A stretch of 58,468 nucleotides of DNA, filler included, from Sphacelaria rigidula (Eukaryota), in the NCBI GenBank assembly GCA_964200075.2. It is 9 parts of 9 records of this genome, joined end to end, with 100 filler letters (N's around TTAATTAATTAA, not from the genome) between each part and the next. Parts side by side here need not be neighbours in the genome. Positions count along the whole stretch, not along the records: positions 6,509 to 12,916 come from CAXNAA020020254.1; positions 13,017 to 19,424 come from CAXNAA020020255.1; positions 19,525 to 25,932 come from CAXNAA020020256.1; 6 more parts are not named here. One strand, 5' to 3'. Positions 11,469 through 23,418 of the stretch are shown here, in pieces; position 1 is the first letter of the stretch; the number at the start of each line of letters is the position of its first letter. Below the pieces are notes generated by a model that was not told the DNA's origin, made no database searches, and saw only the letters and a list, made by a program, of their open reading frames with translations. Position numbers and translations under genes: made by a program.

Positions 11469-12916
11469 ATGTTGTCTGAACGCCGGTCGCGGCTGAAGTG
11501 TGTATATCGCGCATCGTATTCTGAATTTCCCGTATGTTGCCCTACGCTAATCATCGACGAGTTCACGTATGACAGTAGACCATGGTACCATCACCTGATA
11601 GTTCTCGTTGTGCGCTGTGTTCCGCAGAATATTTCGAGGTTCTCGTTTGCAACTTGCACATCTTCACCTTCCTGTTCGAGTCGGGCATGCGCAACTTGAG
11701 CCACCCCCAACTACAGTTCATCATCGCTAATAGGGGCCTGAGGAATGAGGCGAAAGATTTTCTACTGACTCTCAAGTCTCTCTGTAGGGTTGACTTCCAC
11801 GACTCACTGTCGCGTCGATATGTCTTTCGCCAGGGATGGGGACAATCCCTCCTCAGCTTGGTGTGGGGGCGAGGGAGTATGTTCTCAAAGACCCTCGTGG
11901 ACGCGGGCAACTGGCGGAGCACCACCTGCGACATAGAGCCCGGGCGCGCGACTTGGGGTTGTTTGGGGCGGCCTGCTAAGCAGTAATTGATAGCGCAATA
12001 CTAGCGTGTGGCCATGTTGCATCCGACGTTCCGATGATGCACGGTTTAAGTTTGGTATGGTCGAGGGTATAACTCACTGTCGTCTGCAACGGGATCTGGT
12101 GTAGTGGTGTCACCTAACCCTGTATGCTGGACTTCTTAACACTACAAGCGCAAAAAGGGAGGGCGATCTGGTACTTGTATGAGATCATTCCAGGTTCCTT
12201 GGGTGTGGGAGGCTTATTGTACACCTTCCACGGTTCGCTTAATTTTCGTCTTGTGTCGCCCTTTTCAGCATGTGCGCGTCAGTTTGCATAGCATACCCCA
12301 TGTTTAGGAAGGTTCAGGAAGACGATGCTGAGGAATTGGTGCACGAGACGCACGAACGGCGCGTTGATGCTGTGTCTTGTGGTTGAATCAACTTCCAGCA
12401 CCAACAAAAGCAATGCGCTGGTTCATAACACCGCGTGGGGCTTGTACGTGGGATAATCGTCGGAATTAGGAGTCCGGTTGCCCCATGTCGCCCCTGACGG
12501 GTTCAGGTGATGATGTGGGACAACAATTGCAATAATTACAACAAAATGATTTGCTTCGTCACTAACAAGTTTATGGCTCCAAAGCAGAAACATGGTCCCA
12601 TTGCTTCCCTCGTAGACGGAGGGTTCAAGTGTGCAGGGAGAAATCGTAATTTCGTGGCCGCCGTGGGTGTCCGGCGTCACGGGCTTGCTGTCGGTGTTGG
12701 CTGTCGTCGCCATGCCCACAGAGATTCATGTACCTGCGGCAGTTGAGAATGGGTATATGCTACGGTCGGTTATTGCATGCGGCTCTATTGTCAGCATTCA
12801 TCATGCTTGAAACGTTTTGGCTTGAAAACAACCTTTTCATTATCTCCCCCCCCCAGGAACGAATGAAGATTTCAATGGCGGGATGAAACAAATGTGGGTA
12901 GGGATAAAAGGGATAA

Positions 12917-13016
12917 NNNNNNNNNNNNNNNNNNNNNNNNNNNNNNNNNNNNNNNNNNNNTTAATTAATTAANNNNNNNNNNNNNNNNNNNNNNNNNNNN
13001 NNNNNNNNNNNNNNNN
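12917..13016. other. Artificial contig spacer
   Basis: N-TTAATTAATTAA-N, 100 nt. Confidence 0.99.
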
Positions 13017-13084
13017 TGATTTTTGTCTACTCATTCTCTCATACCACCAGGCCTCGCCTATATCTGGTATTGGGTTGGTGCCTG

Positions 13085-13350
13085 GGGCGCGCGTGCTCAT
13101 TTGCTGATTGCCTTAGTCGTTCAACCGTTGACCACGTATCCCTTTCGAGACGGAGCACTGTTCCTACTCCTGATAAAGACACCGACAACATTTAGGTGCT
13201 CATCATGTTTCTTCCATACATTGCACAAAAACATTTTACCTATCTTATCCTCGCTCTGTTTCGCCTTGTGTGGCCACCATCTATCTCTTAGTATAGCCAT
13301 CGTTTTTTCGCTAGCTACTGTCAGGGGGGGGAAGGCAATGAGTTGACGCA
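13085..13350 (-). mobile_element. 5'-truncated LINE fragment
   Basis: Translates KTMAILRDRWWPHKAKQSEDK...NVWKKHDEHLNVVGVFIRSRNSAPSRKGYVVNG, homologous to the C-terminus of the 32769-33545 ORF. Confidence 0.85.
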
Positions 13351-14084
13351 TCCCTCTGGTTGAAAGTATTGTATGACGAGAAAGGAAAAAAGAAAGGGAA
13401 ACATGCGTATGTTTGGCTAATCTGAGACGACAATGTGCTGCTCGCCGCGGCTTCAAGCACAAATGAGTATGACGCGCGTTATATGCGTGGCAGCGGTCCT
13501 TTTTGATGAAGGCGTTGTCTCTTCACCATAAATAACTATTTCGAATCCACGCCCCCCCCCCCCAGTGAAAACTGTCCGTTTGGCGTCTTATTAGGTGTTC
13601 GAGCTTTCGAGCGGTTGGATAAATTTGTTGGTATTATTGTGGTCCGATCAGTATCGAAGCCCACAGTTATGTAGGTAGTACCCCTTCAATATATACAACA
13701 AAAAAAAACACGATACAATTGTACCACAGAACAACCGAATACACCCGAAGAAATCCCCGCACTGGAATACTTCTCAGCCACTGCGGCATATTTTGATGAG
13801 CCTACCTGCGCGGAATTCCTGCGCTAGCGGCGTCCTCCAACGAGCATGGGTCGTGGCTTTGTAGCTCCTTGCTGCTGTTTATGTCCGAATTGATCGAGCG
13901 ATTGTCGCACTTTAACTGTCCCCCCAGGGATCCAGCCGTGGTCATAGGATATGTCTGTTTTGCTGTAAATTATGCCCGCAAAAAAAACACGCCTCATTAC
14001 CGCGCAAAAACCCACTCCGTCGAAAGTCATGCTGCCAACAGCGGCAGTAACCCAGACCCACCTGCAGGCAGCCTGTAAGCATAC

Positions 14085-14400
14085 ATAAATAGCTCGCTGG
14101 GTAGTTCAATCCTTGAGCGGGATGTGCCGCAATTTTTCGCGGAGTTCTTCCAAGTCGATTCTTTTTCTACCCGAATTTTAACAACGTTTACTGCGCAAGC
14201 TTGGAGATGAGATGCCAGCGTCCTTCTGCCCCAACTTGGTAGCGCGAGCAATCAAACTGCTGCGCGACTCACTTGATGTCGCCATGGGCCAACTTGCCGT
14301 TATTGCTGCCTCCGAGGAGCTCGTCGATCAAAGCGCGTCTCTCATTTCCTTTCAGATTATTTCTGCTTGATGTCCCAGCAGCGCCTCCAGAAATTGACAT
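14085..14400 (-). pseudogene. Decayed mariner (plant DD39D-like) transposase N-terminal fragment
   Basis: NLKGNERRALIDELLGGSNNGKLAHGDIK*VAQQFDCSR, then (after a shift) SLRSKRC*NSGRKRIDLEELREKLRHIPLKD*TTQRA. Resembles the N-terminal HTH/GRK region of Soymar1/Psmar-type transposases. Multiple stops. Confidence 0.7.
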
Positions 14401-14859
14401 CGTGATCGGACTATGGGAAGGCAGTTTACCGGAGCTTTTATTTTTCGAGCTCTGAGTGCCCCTGCTTCGGGTGCTGCTGTAGACACGTGTTTGGTTTCGA
14501 ATAGAGAAAACTGCGGTTTGGACGCTCTCGTCCAAAGACCACGAAAACGAGGGAAGAAAACGTTTCGAAAAAAACAAATGCGTGAGTTATTGAGCCGTAT
14601 GTCCCAATGTTGGTTATATCCCGGGCCAGAGTGGTATACAACAAGCAGTATTCAGTATTCCTCACCTGCTACCCTGGCCCACGTACAGTGTGCATGTTCA
14701 CAAGTCCGTAGGTTGACTGTTGACTGTAGCAGCTACACGAAGTACTTATATTTATTGGCGCTTATCCTAACATGTTACATCATAGACGTGTATATTGCCG
14801 GCGTTGAAGCACGGGTATCTCCCGCGAGCTTTGCTTGACGATCAGCGTTATGACCTTTG

Positions 14860-15314
14860 CGATCTGAAATTGATCTGTATCCGTATGACCCGTTTAATCT
14901 ACAGACATATCTCGTGTGGTAACCTATACTACCCGTTTGCTCTTCACACATGGCGTCATGACTGATCTGTACGACCCGTGTGATTCGTACAGTACTTGTC
15001 TGTCTGATGATGATCTGTACGACCCGTGTGATTCGTCCATATCTATCTGATGATGATCTGTATGACCCGAGTATCGGTACATCACCTCCTTGGGCACACC
15101 TATGTAATCCGATTCAGGTGTATACGAAACGTCAAGAAGAAATTGTGTATCCTTATAACCCGTACAAGATACCTCCCTCCTGATCGATGATATCTGGAAC
15201 ACGAGGACCGTTCCGTGACTAGTTGCACTGTATCATTCTTATCGGGTACACAGGTGTGTTTACACTCGAGCTGTACAACCTGCGTCCCATGAAAAGTTAT
15301 CCGTCCGACGTGTG
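14860..15314. mobile_element. Terminus of CACAC-type TIR element with subterminal repeats
   Basis: Repeated gatctgtacgacccgt motifs (~14872, 14963, 15012, 15055) ending in atccgtccgacgtgtg. A related end occurs at 32541-32614. Confidence 0.65.
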
Positions 15315-15355
15315 AAGGGTATGGTGGGAAGCGTTGGGACGTATGTAGCAAGAAT

Positions 15356-15500
15356 ATGTTTGTTGGACGAGAGTTGTACGGAAGTGCTGATCCAAATCCA
15401 CGAGGCCAAAATACAAAGCGTGTACCGGGGGAGAGATGAGTTGATCCTTGAGACAGACCGCGGGCTCGTCAGGGGGAAGGGGAGGGGTTAAAGGTTTGAC
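15356..15500 (+). mobile_element. SINE family A, 3' body
   Basis: Similar to 47870-47996, 18150-18330 and the reverse complement of 17520-17670 (gcgtgtaccggggga...gttgatccttgagac). Confidence 0.7.
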
Positions 15501-15898
15501 GAAAAAACGAAGAAAAAAGCCCTTTGAGATTTATGAAATCCTGCGTCGCAAGCGCGGGAAGTACGACGGTATCGCGGGTGTGTGCGTGTGCGTGTGCTTG
15601 CACACGAACCTTGGTGTGCAGCCCTGAAAAGCACCACAGTCTTGACCGCTTGCAAAAGATTGGCTGGAGGATCATATCCGTCGTTTTTTTGTGGGCAAAA
15701 AAATGCCCCCCCCCCCCCCCTACCCCCCCGAACTTGTACCATTTGAAGTACCATCATGTCGCGATAATTGCACCTCCCTCGTTTCTTCAACCGACGCCCC
15801 TATTCGGACCCTAGTGTTGTCAACCAACGAAATGTCTCATCTCTTTTTTTCCTTTTTTCCGCTTCTGTCAACGCACGGCCCCCTCCACCCCCGTCCAG

Positions 15899-17455
15899 AT
15901 AATCCATTTATTGAGACAAAACATGAACGGAGAAAACCGACGGCTGAGCTTCCTCCGTTCTGGCAGACGAGCAGCAACCGCGACTGCCCCGACGTCACCT
16001 CCGGCACGTGTACGGTCAACACTCCACACCAACGCCGAAAAGCAGACTAGTAGTAGTGGTGCGGACACTCCGTCGACGACTCTTTCCCCAGAGCCTCACC
16101 TGCCGCCAGCGCCTCCCGCTGCCGCCGCCGATGCGCCGACTGCAAACCAGCAGAGGTTACAATCGGGATCTATGGGATGGGCCAGGACTTTGCTGGGCAT
16201 GGGCAGGCGCGAACCGGTTGGTGTGGTTGCGGATGAAGGTAACAGGAGAACTCACCGTAAACAGGAGGCGGCGGGGGGCGAAGGTGATGGTGACATCGAA
16301 ACGTTGGCTGTGGGTAATGTCGGCGCGGACGGTCGTTCGTTGATGAAGGGTGTTGTCAGAGACCACGTTGATGGTGGAGGCTGCCATAATACTAGCCGTG
16401 CTGCTGGCGGTGCTGCTGAATGTGGGAGCCGAGATGATCGCCCGAGGAAAAAGGGATTGTTTTTCCCGGAGAGTGATGATCGTGATGCCCCCGGGGCCGG
16501 GGATTTCGGAGTGAACGGCGTCGAGGAGAGCATTTGCAGTAACGGCTCGTCGAGCGATACGGCAGCAACCATCGCGGGGGGATCGTCGCTGCAGCAAGGA
16601 GAATGTGTGGGATCTCATCTGGACGAATTTTTAACCGAGAGGGATCCTTCCGTGACCGCGGCGGCAGAGGCCAGCGGCCACCGCGGCCATAAAAACAACA
16701 GTGATGGTGTCCGAGCCGGCTTTACGGCCAGTGAATATCTGACTGCGGGTGCTGACTTGAGCTCGAGGTTTGGCTCTGATAGTAGATCGACAGAGGCCCC
16801 GGCTGCTGAAGCCGTTACGTCGCCAAGGTTGCTCGAGGCCGAAGATGCTGCTCAAGACGAGACTGTCCGATATTTCCGACTGGTGCGTGACGGCAGGGAC
16901 AAGTCCGACCACGATAGTAACACCGAGCACTTGTTACGCGAGAACGATAAGCTCACGGCAGACACTTCCGACGAGCAACGGCACAACTTCTCGAGCCCGG
17001 AGAAGGACGAGTGTGCCGTGGGCGACACGCCACAGTCACCAGCGGGTCACGGCGCCGTCGACATGATTACCCCGCTTGCAGCTGGAGAGCGATATCGGTT
17101 GGATCTAGAAGACAAGGGGGGTCGCCAATCACCCCCGGGTGGACTAGCTGCCACTGAACGTTCCCTTGACACTGTCTCGCTGCTGTCAGAACCAGCGAGC
17201 TTCGCCATCAAGAACGGTCCGGCGGGAAAGAGGCGCTGGCCAGCCCTATCACATATTTGGGGGGACGCAGAGCAGACGGTGACAGTGGGTGGCGGCGATC
17301 GTGGTAGTACAGAATTGTCCTCGTCCGTCAATGCCGATGTCGATGGCGGGGAGGAAGAAGTGCGGCGGCTGGCACGATCTTTGGCGGCGAAGCTGAATGA
17401 GCGGGTGCGACGTTGCGAGGAGCTGGAAGACTTGTGCGGACTTCGGGACCATCAG
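15899..17455 (+). CDS. Large exon of uncharacterised low-complexity/coiled-coil protein
   Basis: 1557-nt open exon (519 codons), strong pyrimidine tract plus cag acceptor, in-frame ATG at 15923, cag|gtagg donor. Ala/Gly/Ser/Asp-rich, ending in heptad-like EEVRRLARSLAAKLNERVRRCEELEDL. Confidence 0.75.
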
Positions 17456-17519
17456 GTAGGTTTGGATGCGATGGTTATTTTGGTTCGCTAAAAACTTGAC
17501 TGTCGATGTATTTGGTGAA

Positions 17520-17833
17520 CTTTCAACCTTAACCCTCTCCTTCCTCGGGACGAGTGTCCCGGTCTGTCTCAAGGAGTCAACCCATCCCTCCCCTGGTACA
17601 CGCCGTTTGCAGGTTGGTATCGCGGATTGAATTGGATCATGACCGTGTCGACTCTCGTCAAACAATTGTTTTTGTTACTCACGTCCTCCCGTTTTCACGA
17701 CGTAAAAATCAGTGATGATTTGCAGGAAAAGCTCAAATGAATACAAATCTACCAAGAGTCGAATCGAACCCCGAATCCCATATTTTCCGACCTAATGGCT
17801 TGAGTTTTACTATTACGCCACCAGTGCGCCGCG
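17520..17833 (-). mobile_element. Near full-length tRNA-derived SINE (family A), intronic
   Basis: Minus strand reads A-box-like tggtggcgtaatag, B-box-like ggttcgattcg, then the shared family A body. Confidence 0.7.
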
Positions 17834-18149
17834 GCGTACTATGGGTTGGGCTTGACTGTCTGTAAATGGTAGGACATCCAATACTCGCGACAGAATACAC
17901 GATGGAGGTAGCGTCCCGTCTGTGAATTCTTCGAGCGAATACGAGAACCCGGCGTCGGCGGTGTGATTTCTTTACACAGGAACAAAACTGGGAACAATAC
18001 TCTCGATGCAAGACAAGCAGAGCGGCGCTGTGAATAGCAGGACTGGTCTCCCCGCATTCAAACACACAGGGGTAGCATATTTGAGTCCCCTGGGGGTCAT
18101 CGTTCATCACACAATGTTGTCGTACGCACGGGCTATTTACTATACTAGA

Positions 18150-18335
18150 GTATTCAGCAAGAAAAGAGTTTGTTTGACGAGAGACTAGTTGACGCGGTGC
18201 GAGAGTGAGTGCTAATCCAATCCGCGAGACCAAAATGCAAGGCGTGTGTATACGGTGGGAGAGGTGGGGTAAGATCCCTTGAAACCGCAGACTCGTCCCG
18301 ACGGAGAGGAGGGGGTGTTGCTGAAAGTATGACGA
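18150..18335 (+). mobile_element. SINE family A body, intronic
   Basis: gtttgtttgacgagagactagttgacgcggtgcg...ccaaaatgcaaggcgtgt, shared with 47870-47996. Confidence 0.7.
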
Positions 18336-18418
18336 AAAAACAAGACATTAAAATCCTAACCGCAAGTGCCCACGACGTCACCCCCTTGAGCGTGTACCCG
18401 CACCGTTGTTCTTCCCAG

Positions 18419-19145
18419 GTGGAAATGCTGCAGCGCCAGAGCAACGCCTTGGCCGGGCGTGTTGCCGACCTGTCAGAACAACTGTCAGACAAGAACGCGC
18501 TCGCCGATGCCCTCCAGGCGGAGAGGACAAGGTTGGAGCAGGAACTGACACAAGAAGCCCGACGGCGCTATACCGTTCCGCCGGCATCCGCCGGCAATGG
18601 CAACGAGAACCGCGGCTCTGTGGCAACCACCAGCTCTGAGGATTTCACCGAGCTCGCCGCCGAACCAGACAGTAATGCTTCTTCGGCAAATAACGGGGAC
18701 ATCGCTAACTCTGCACAACCCGCCGCGGCTGCCGGGGATCATCATGACTCTGACCGGTCGGCGGCGCAAGCGCGGGCGGCGGCAGTTGCGACGGCGACGG
18801 CTGCCGCCGCTGTGGCGCGGATCTCCGCGGCAGAAGCAAGGGCTGATGCGGCGGTGCTCAAGGCGGAAGCCGGAACCTCTGCGCTGAGCGAGATGGTAGA
18901 CGGTTTGGTGTCTGAAAAGGTGCAGTGGGAGGAAGAGCGATGCGCGCATGCAGCGGAGACCATAAGGCTGAGGGCAAGGGCTCGCGGCCTCGAGGAAGCC
19001 CTTGCTGGCAACGGTTTAGTTGTGACTGAGGAGGGGAGGGAATGGACGGTGGGGCGTGGGGAAAGCCGGCTGGAGGCATTGCGGGAGCTGCTGCGAGTGC
19101 GCACGCGGGACCTAGAGGCGGAGCGCGGCGTCAGCGAGAGATTGG
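18419..19145 (+). CDS. Second exon of the coiled-coil protein
   Basis: cccag acceptor in phase 0 with the previous exon. Encodes VEMLQRQSNALAGRVADLSEQLSDKNALADALQAERTRLEQELTQE... Donor g|gtgag. Confidence 0.75.
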
Positions 19146-19372
19146 GTGAGAGGTTTTGTGGGGTGTTTCGTTTGTGGTGGGGGACGTGGAGCGTGTTTCG
19201 GCAACGCGCGTCCAGAGTCTTTGATGTATTTTTGTCCCGCGCTTGGCTGACTGACTGATAAATTGGTTGGTCGATTGTCGCACATTAACTGCTCTGCTAC
19301 GAATCTAGCCGTTGCCACGAGATGGATGAATAGGCCTATGAACGGGTTCGAGAAATCGGGCTTATTACTACT

Positions 19373-19381
19373 TTGTTGTTG

Positions 19382-19424
<43 letters not shown>
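19373..19424. repeat. (TTG)/(TTA)n microsatellite at contig end
   Basis: Direct observation. Confidence 0.95.
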
Positions 19425-19524
19425 NNNNNNNNNNNNNNNNNNNNNNNNNNNNNNNNNNNNNNNNNNNNTTAATTAATTAANNNNNNNNNNNNNNNNNNNN
19501 NNNNNNNNNNNNNNNNNNNNNNNN
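19425..19524. other. Artificial contig spacer
   Basis: N-TTAATTAATTAA-N, 100 nt. Confidence 0.99.
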
Positions 19525-20507
19525 AATGGGGCTCCGGTGCCATGTGGCTTCAGCAAAAGTGGGCTGACGACTTTATGCTGTCTTCTGTGTCGCCTTGACG
19601 CAGTATAGTTGACCATTGGGGAGGATAAGTTGATCCATCTTGATATTATTGTGAACACCGAAATCCGGATATTTTCATGGGATCTGTGCCTCTACCATTC
19701 TCTGTGGCTTTCTTTTCTTCGTCAGTTCAGAGTTTGTCCACACTTGCCGCCAGGTGAGATGAGATACAAAGCTACGCTATCGACGGTGGCGTGGTGATGG
19801 CACCGGGTGCAGGAGAACGAGCGCTACTCTTGCCACTATCACAAGCGATGCACAGATGTGGGGGTAAATATCCGCACACGCGGAAGCCTCTAGGGGTTTG
19901 GTCAAAGGTTCAATTCTACACCTACCTGCCGAACATTCCACACATGTGATGTATCAACCATCTGCAGTATCAAGAGTCATCCATGAGTGTAATCTATTCT
20001 GAGGCCGTCGGACAGGGGTGACGTGTTCGCATGTCGTGGAAACCGGCGAGGGTTGGAGGTGCTCGATTGCGCCCGTAGCCCAAACGCTTGCCCCAATTAC
20101 TCATCGTCAGGGCCATCGATTGGGATGCAATTTTTTGCATCATCTGCGCCAAGACGGCAGCTGAAAACTCGGTAAACATTTTTTTTTAACTCATCGGGAT
20201 TCGAGTTTTATAACAAATTAAGTGAAAAAAACATGGGTTTTTTGCGATTTTCTCGATCACCATAACTCCTTTGGTTCTACAATCTTTCGAAATTGTAGCT
20301 TGGACACATACACGCTGGTGAGTAGCCTAGGTACGCCGTGGTTTGTAACCCGGGACAACGAAAATGGGAAATCGTCAAGTGGAAACCCTTCTCAAATGAC
20401 AAGTACTTAAGGGGATGAACGAGATCTCCGGTCTGTTCGTGCTTTTGGTCGGTGACACTTTTTTGGCTCATTTTGGGGGGTCAGGCGCACCCATAACTGT
20501 TGGGCAT

Positions 20508-20600
20508 GAGAAAAATCCCAGATCGCTCCGAGATTCGAACCCACGACACAACCGTCAGAAATTTTCGAGGCTACCAACTGAGCCAGCGGGGCGACCGGCT
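20508..20600 (-). mobile_element. tRNA-derived SINE head (family B)
   Basis: Minus strand ccggtcgccccgctggctcagttggtagcc...gtgggttcgaatctcgg with Pol III A and B boxes. Copies at 45160-45250 and 51899-51961. Confidence 0.75.
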
Positions 20601-21889
20601 CAGCAGTATACCATAGTCAATTGTCCAGAAATAGAAGCTGGAAGAAGGCCATACTCCATCATCGAATTCGTTGCCCCACGTCACACAATCAACTTGAGGT
20701 TGATGCGGTTTAAAACCCGATAATTTTTCACCCGGCGGTGTTTATCATGGGGGTGGTGCGCAACGTACTCGCCACAACAGTACCGTAGACATCGGCAGCT
20801 ACGGCCACGGTGCTGGATCAGCCCAAAAATCTGTAGCTCGGGTACTTTTTCAGGGGTAGTATTCAGAGTACGATTGTGATGCTTCACTGTACTGTGTCAC
20901 ATTCGGAACACTTGTCACAGAGGTATCACCTTCGTGCACAGTTCCCCTTCACTTCCCCAGATCATTTAGCGATCAATAAAGTCGAGCAGTCCCTCTTTGC
21001 TTTCGAGTATCACCCCCGATGACAAATAGAAACCGTAGTCCTCGATGCCTGACTTATCCCCAGTGTTGTTGAACAGGTTTAGTACGGCCCAAGTCTTTCA
21101 GATCGTTTCAGCGGTGCCCGTATCTGTGGCAGCTGGCGCCTAGAGGGTCAACCTTCATTGTACCCATCGGCCCGTGAATCCCTCGCAGATCTTTACTGCA
21201 CAAGTATCTGATCGGGCTATCTATGCACCCGAGGAGCAAGACTACAGTAAATACCAACTAAGGCGAATACCGTGTCCGTGCCTTACTCGCAAGAGTCTAG
21301 GATCGTGGATGTAGCGTGGAGTACACACAACTTTCCAGTCCCAGACAGTCTACTCCTCTCGTTGGATGCCAAAAGACTAGCGAGCTATTGATATTGTGAG
21401 ATGACCTCTGATGGATATTATTTGGGGGACCAAATTTCCGGGGCCCCAGGAGCGCAAGGAATTTTTCTCTCAACATATACATCTGTCATAATCTGTTCCT
21501 ACGTGACATGAAGTTCGCACTGGCATGAGAGCAGACTCAGAGGACCTCTGCTGTACCCTCACAGACGCGCAGTCAAAAGAGCTGTTTTTTATTTCTTAAA
21601 CTGATGTCGTACGCGTTTTTACCATGCACATGCCCTCATGATATCTGTATGATGTTGCACCAGGTGACAGCTTGGACAACGGTTCCACACGCCAACTCCT
21701 GCTTGGCGGGTACGAGCAGGTGCGCAAATTTACGGCCCTACGTTGAGAACGTCCATAGAGCACACCCTGGACATTAGATTCTAATGTAAAAAAATGTACT
21801 GCGTACAGTATGGAATCTATTGTCTATTGCAATAGGCGCAATAGTCGATACTGTGCGCAGTACACTTTTTGACTGTATTCTATTTTCCA

Positions 21890-22190
21890 GGGTATGCCAT
21901 AGAGAGCGCCCAAAATATGCAAGGATCAGACGAACCATCACTGGTTCGAATCACCAAATCTACGATTTCTGAGGCCTGATTGTTTGAAAGACGGACAAAA
22001 GTTGACCGCGGGTGAGAGGAGTCTCTCGGCAAATGTTGTGCTTTTGCACGTGGCTGGGGTCCGCGTGCCTGGGGTTGCAACGCTGACAACAAAGCTCAAG
22101 GATTGATTCGTACGATACGAATCGATGACACTAAAATCAAGTAATCTTTATCGACGAATCATCATTTGCCCTGCCCTTGAAAATATGTAG
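21890..22190. mobile_element. MITE copy 1
   Basis: Reverse-complement homolog of 22863-23179 (cctggggttgcaacgctga...acactaaaatcaagtaat). Confidence 0.6.
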
Positions 22191-22862
22191 AATTCGTGTG
22201 TGTGCTGCACCAAACGATCACCAGACCACCGACCAAGTAGCGGGATGATACAGGCGGCAGCCACGAAATGTTTGGGCGAAATTCGAATGGTTGGTCCAAG
22301 ATAACCATGATCTCTCAGAGGAGATTTCGTTTGTAGAGCTGCAGTCAGGCGTTCACTTTTTTTTTTTTTTCATTTGTGGTACGTTATGTATATGTTTTGT
22401 ATGTGTATACCCTGGTACGTGCGTAGTAGCGGAGAGGTGAATGTGAGAGAATATCACGCAAAGAAATCCACAAATCAACACATCTTGCGTACGGGAGTTC
22501 AGCTTTCGCACGATAGCGCCTGATAGAATCTGAGTTGCCAGAGGCTCCTTTTTTTTTTTTTAACAATCAATGGGCATCGTCGTTGAGACACAACGGAGCA
22601 TCTGATCGCAGTATCGGAATTGTCGGTTAATCGTTGGACCGCCGGATTGGGTCATCTCTTAAATCGGCGTTGATTTCACCCCGAAACTGTCTCCAAGACC
22701 CAGGTGGCCCCCTGGCAATCAAAAACCTTGAATCGTGCAAGCCTTTGTTCGTTTGTTTTTGTTTTTGTTTTTGTTCTCCCCCAAAACTTGGGTATCATTC
22801 ACACGCTGGTCAACAGGTGATCAATACTTGCGGTAAAAAAAAGTTACTGCGTGAGGGATAGA

Positions 22863-23179
22863 TAGCCTATTCTGCCTACTGTTGGTCAATAAATATAAAA
22901 CAATGCAAGGATCGGACGAATAAATGATTCGTCTTGAAATTACTTGATTTTAGTGTAACTGATTCGTGGACCGCACGAATCAATTTGTTTTCAGCGTTGC
23001 AACCCAGGTAGGCGCAGCCCAGGCACGTGGAATGGCGCAAAAATTGCGTGGAGACCTTTTTGCCCAGCGGTGAACTTTCTTCCTCTCTTTCGAGCAACCA
23101 GGCCTGAGAAATCGTGGATTTGGTGGTTTGAACTGGCGATGATTCGTCCGAACCGTGCAACAATGAGTCCAATAGGCTA
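22863..23179. mobile_element. MITE copy 2 with short TIRs
   Basis: Bounded by tagcctatt / aataggcta inverted ends. Inverted relative to the copy at ~21890-22190. Confidence 0.65.
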
Positions 23180-23418
23180 TACGTGCCGCGGTATCCGTTT
23201 TTTCAACTGCAACTATCGACCCATTACTCGGGAACGAGCGCCCGCTATCTCAAGAGATCAATCCGTCTCTCCCCGTCTCTCCCCTGGAACTGCATCTGCT
23301 TGGCGCTTCGCTCTCGCGGATTGGATCAGCACTCCCGCCGCACCGCGTCGACTTTCGCCAAGAGAAACTCTCTCAACTACTCACGTCGTTGCATTTTCTG
23401 AAAGGACGCAACAAAATC

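Noticed and set aside
16157..16930. Minus-strand ORFs overlapping the large exon
   Set aside because: Antisense shadows of a GC-rich coding exon.
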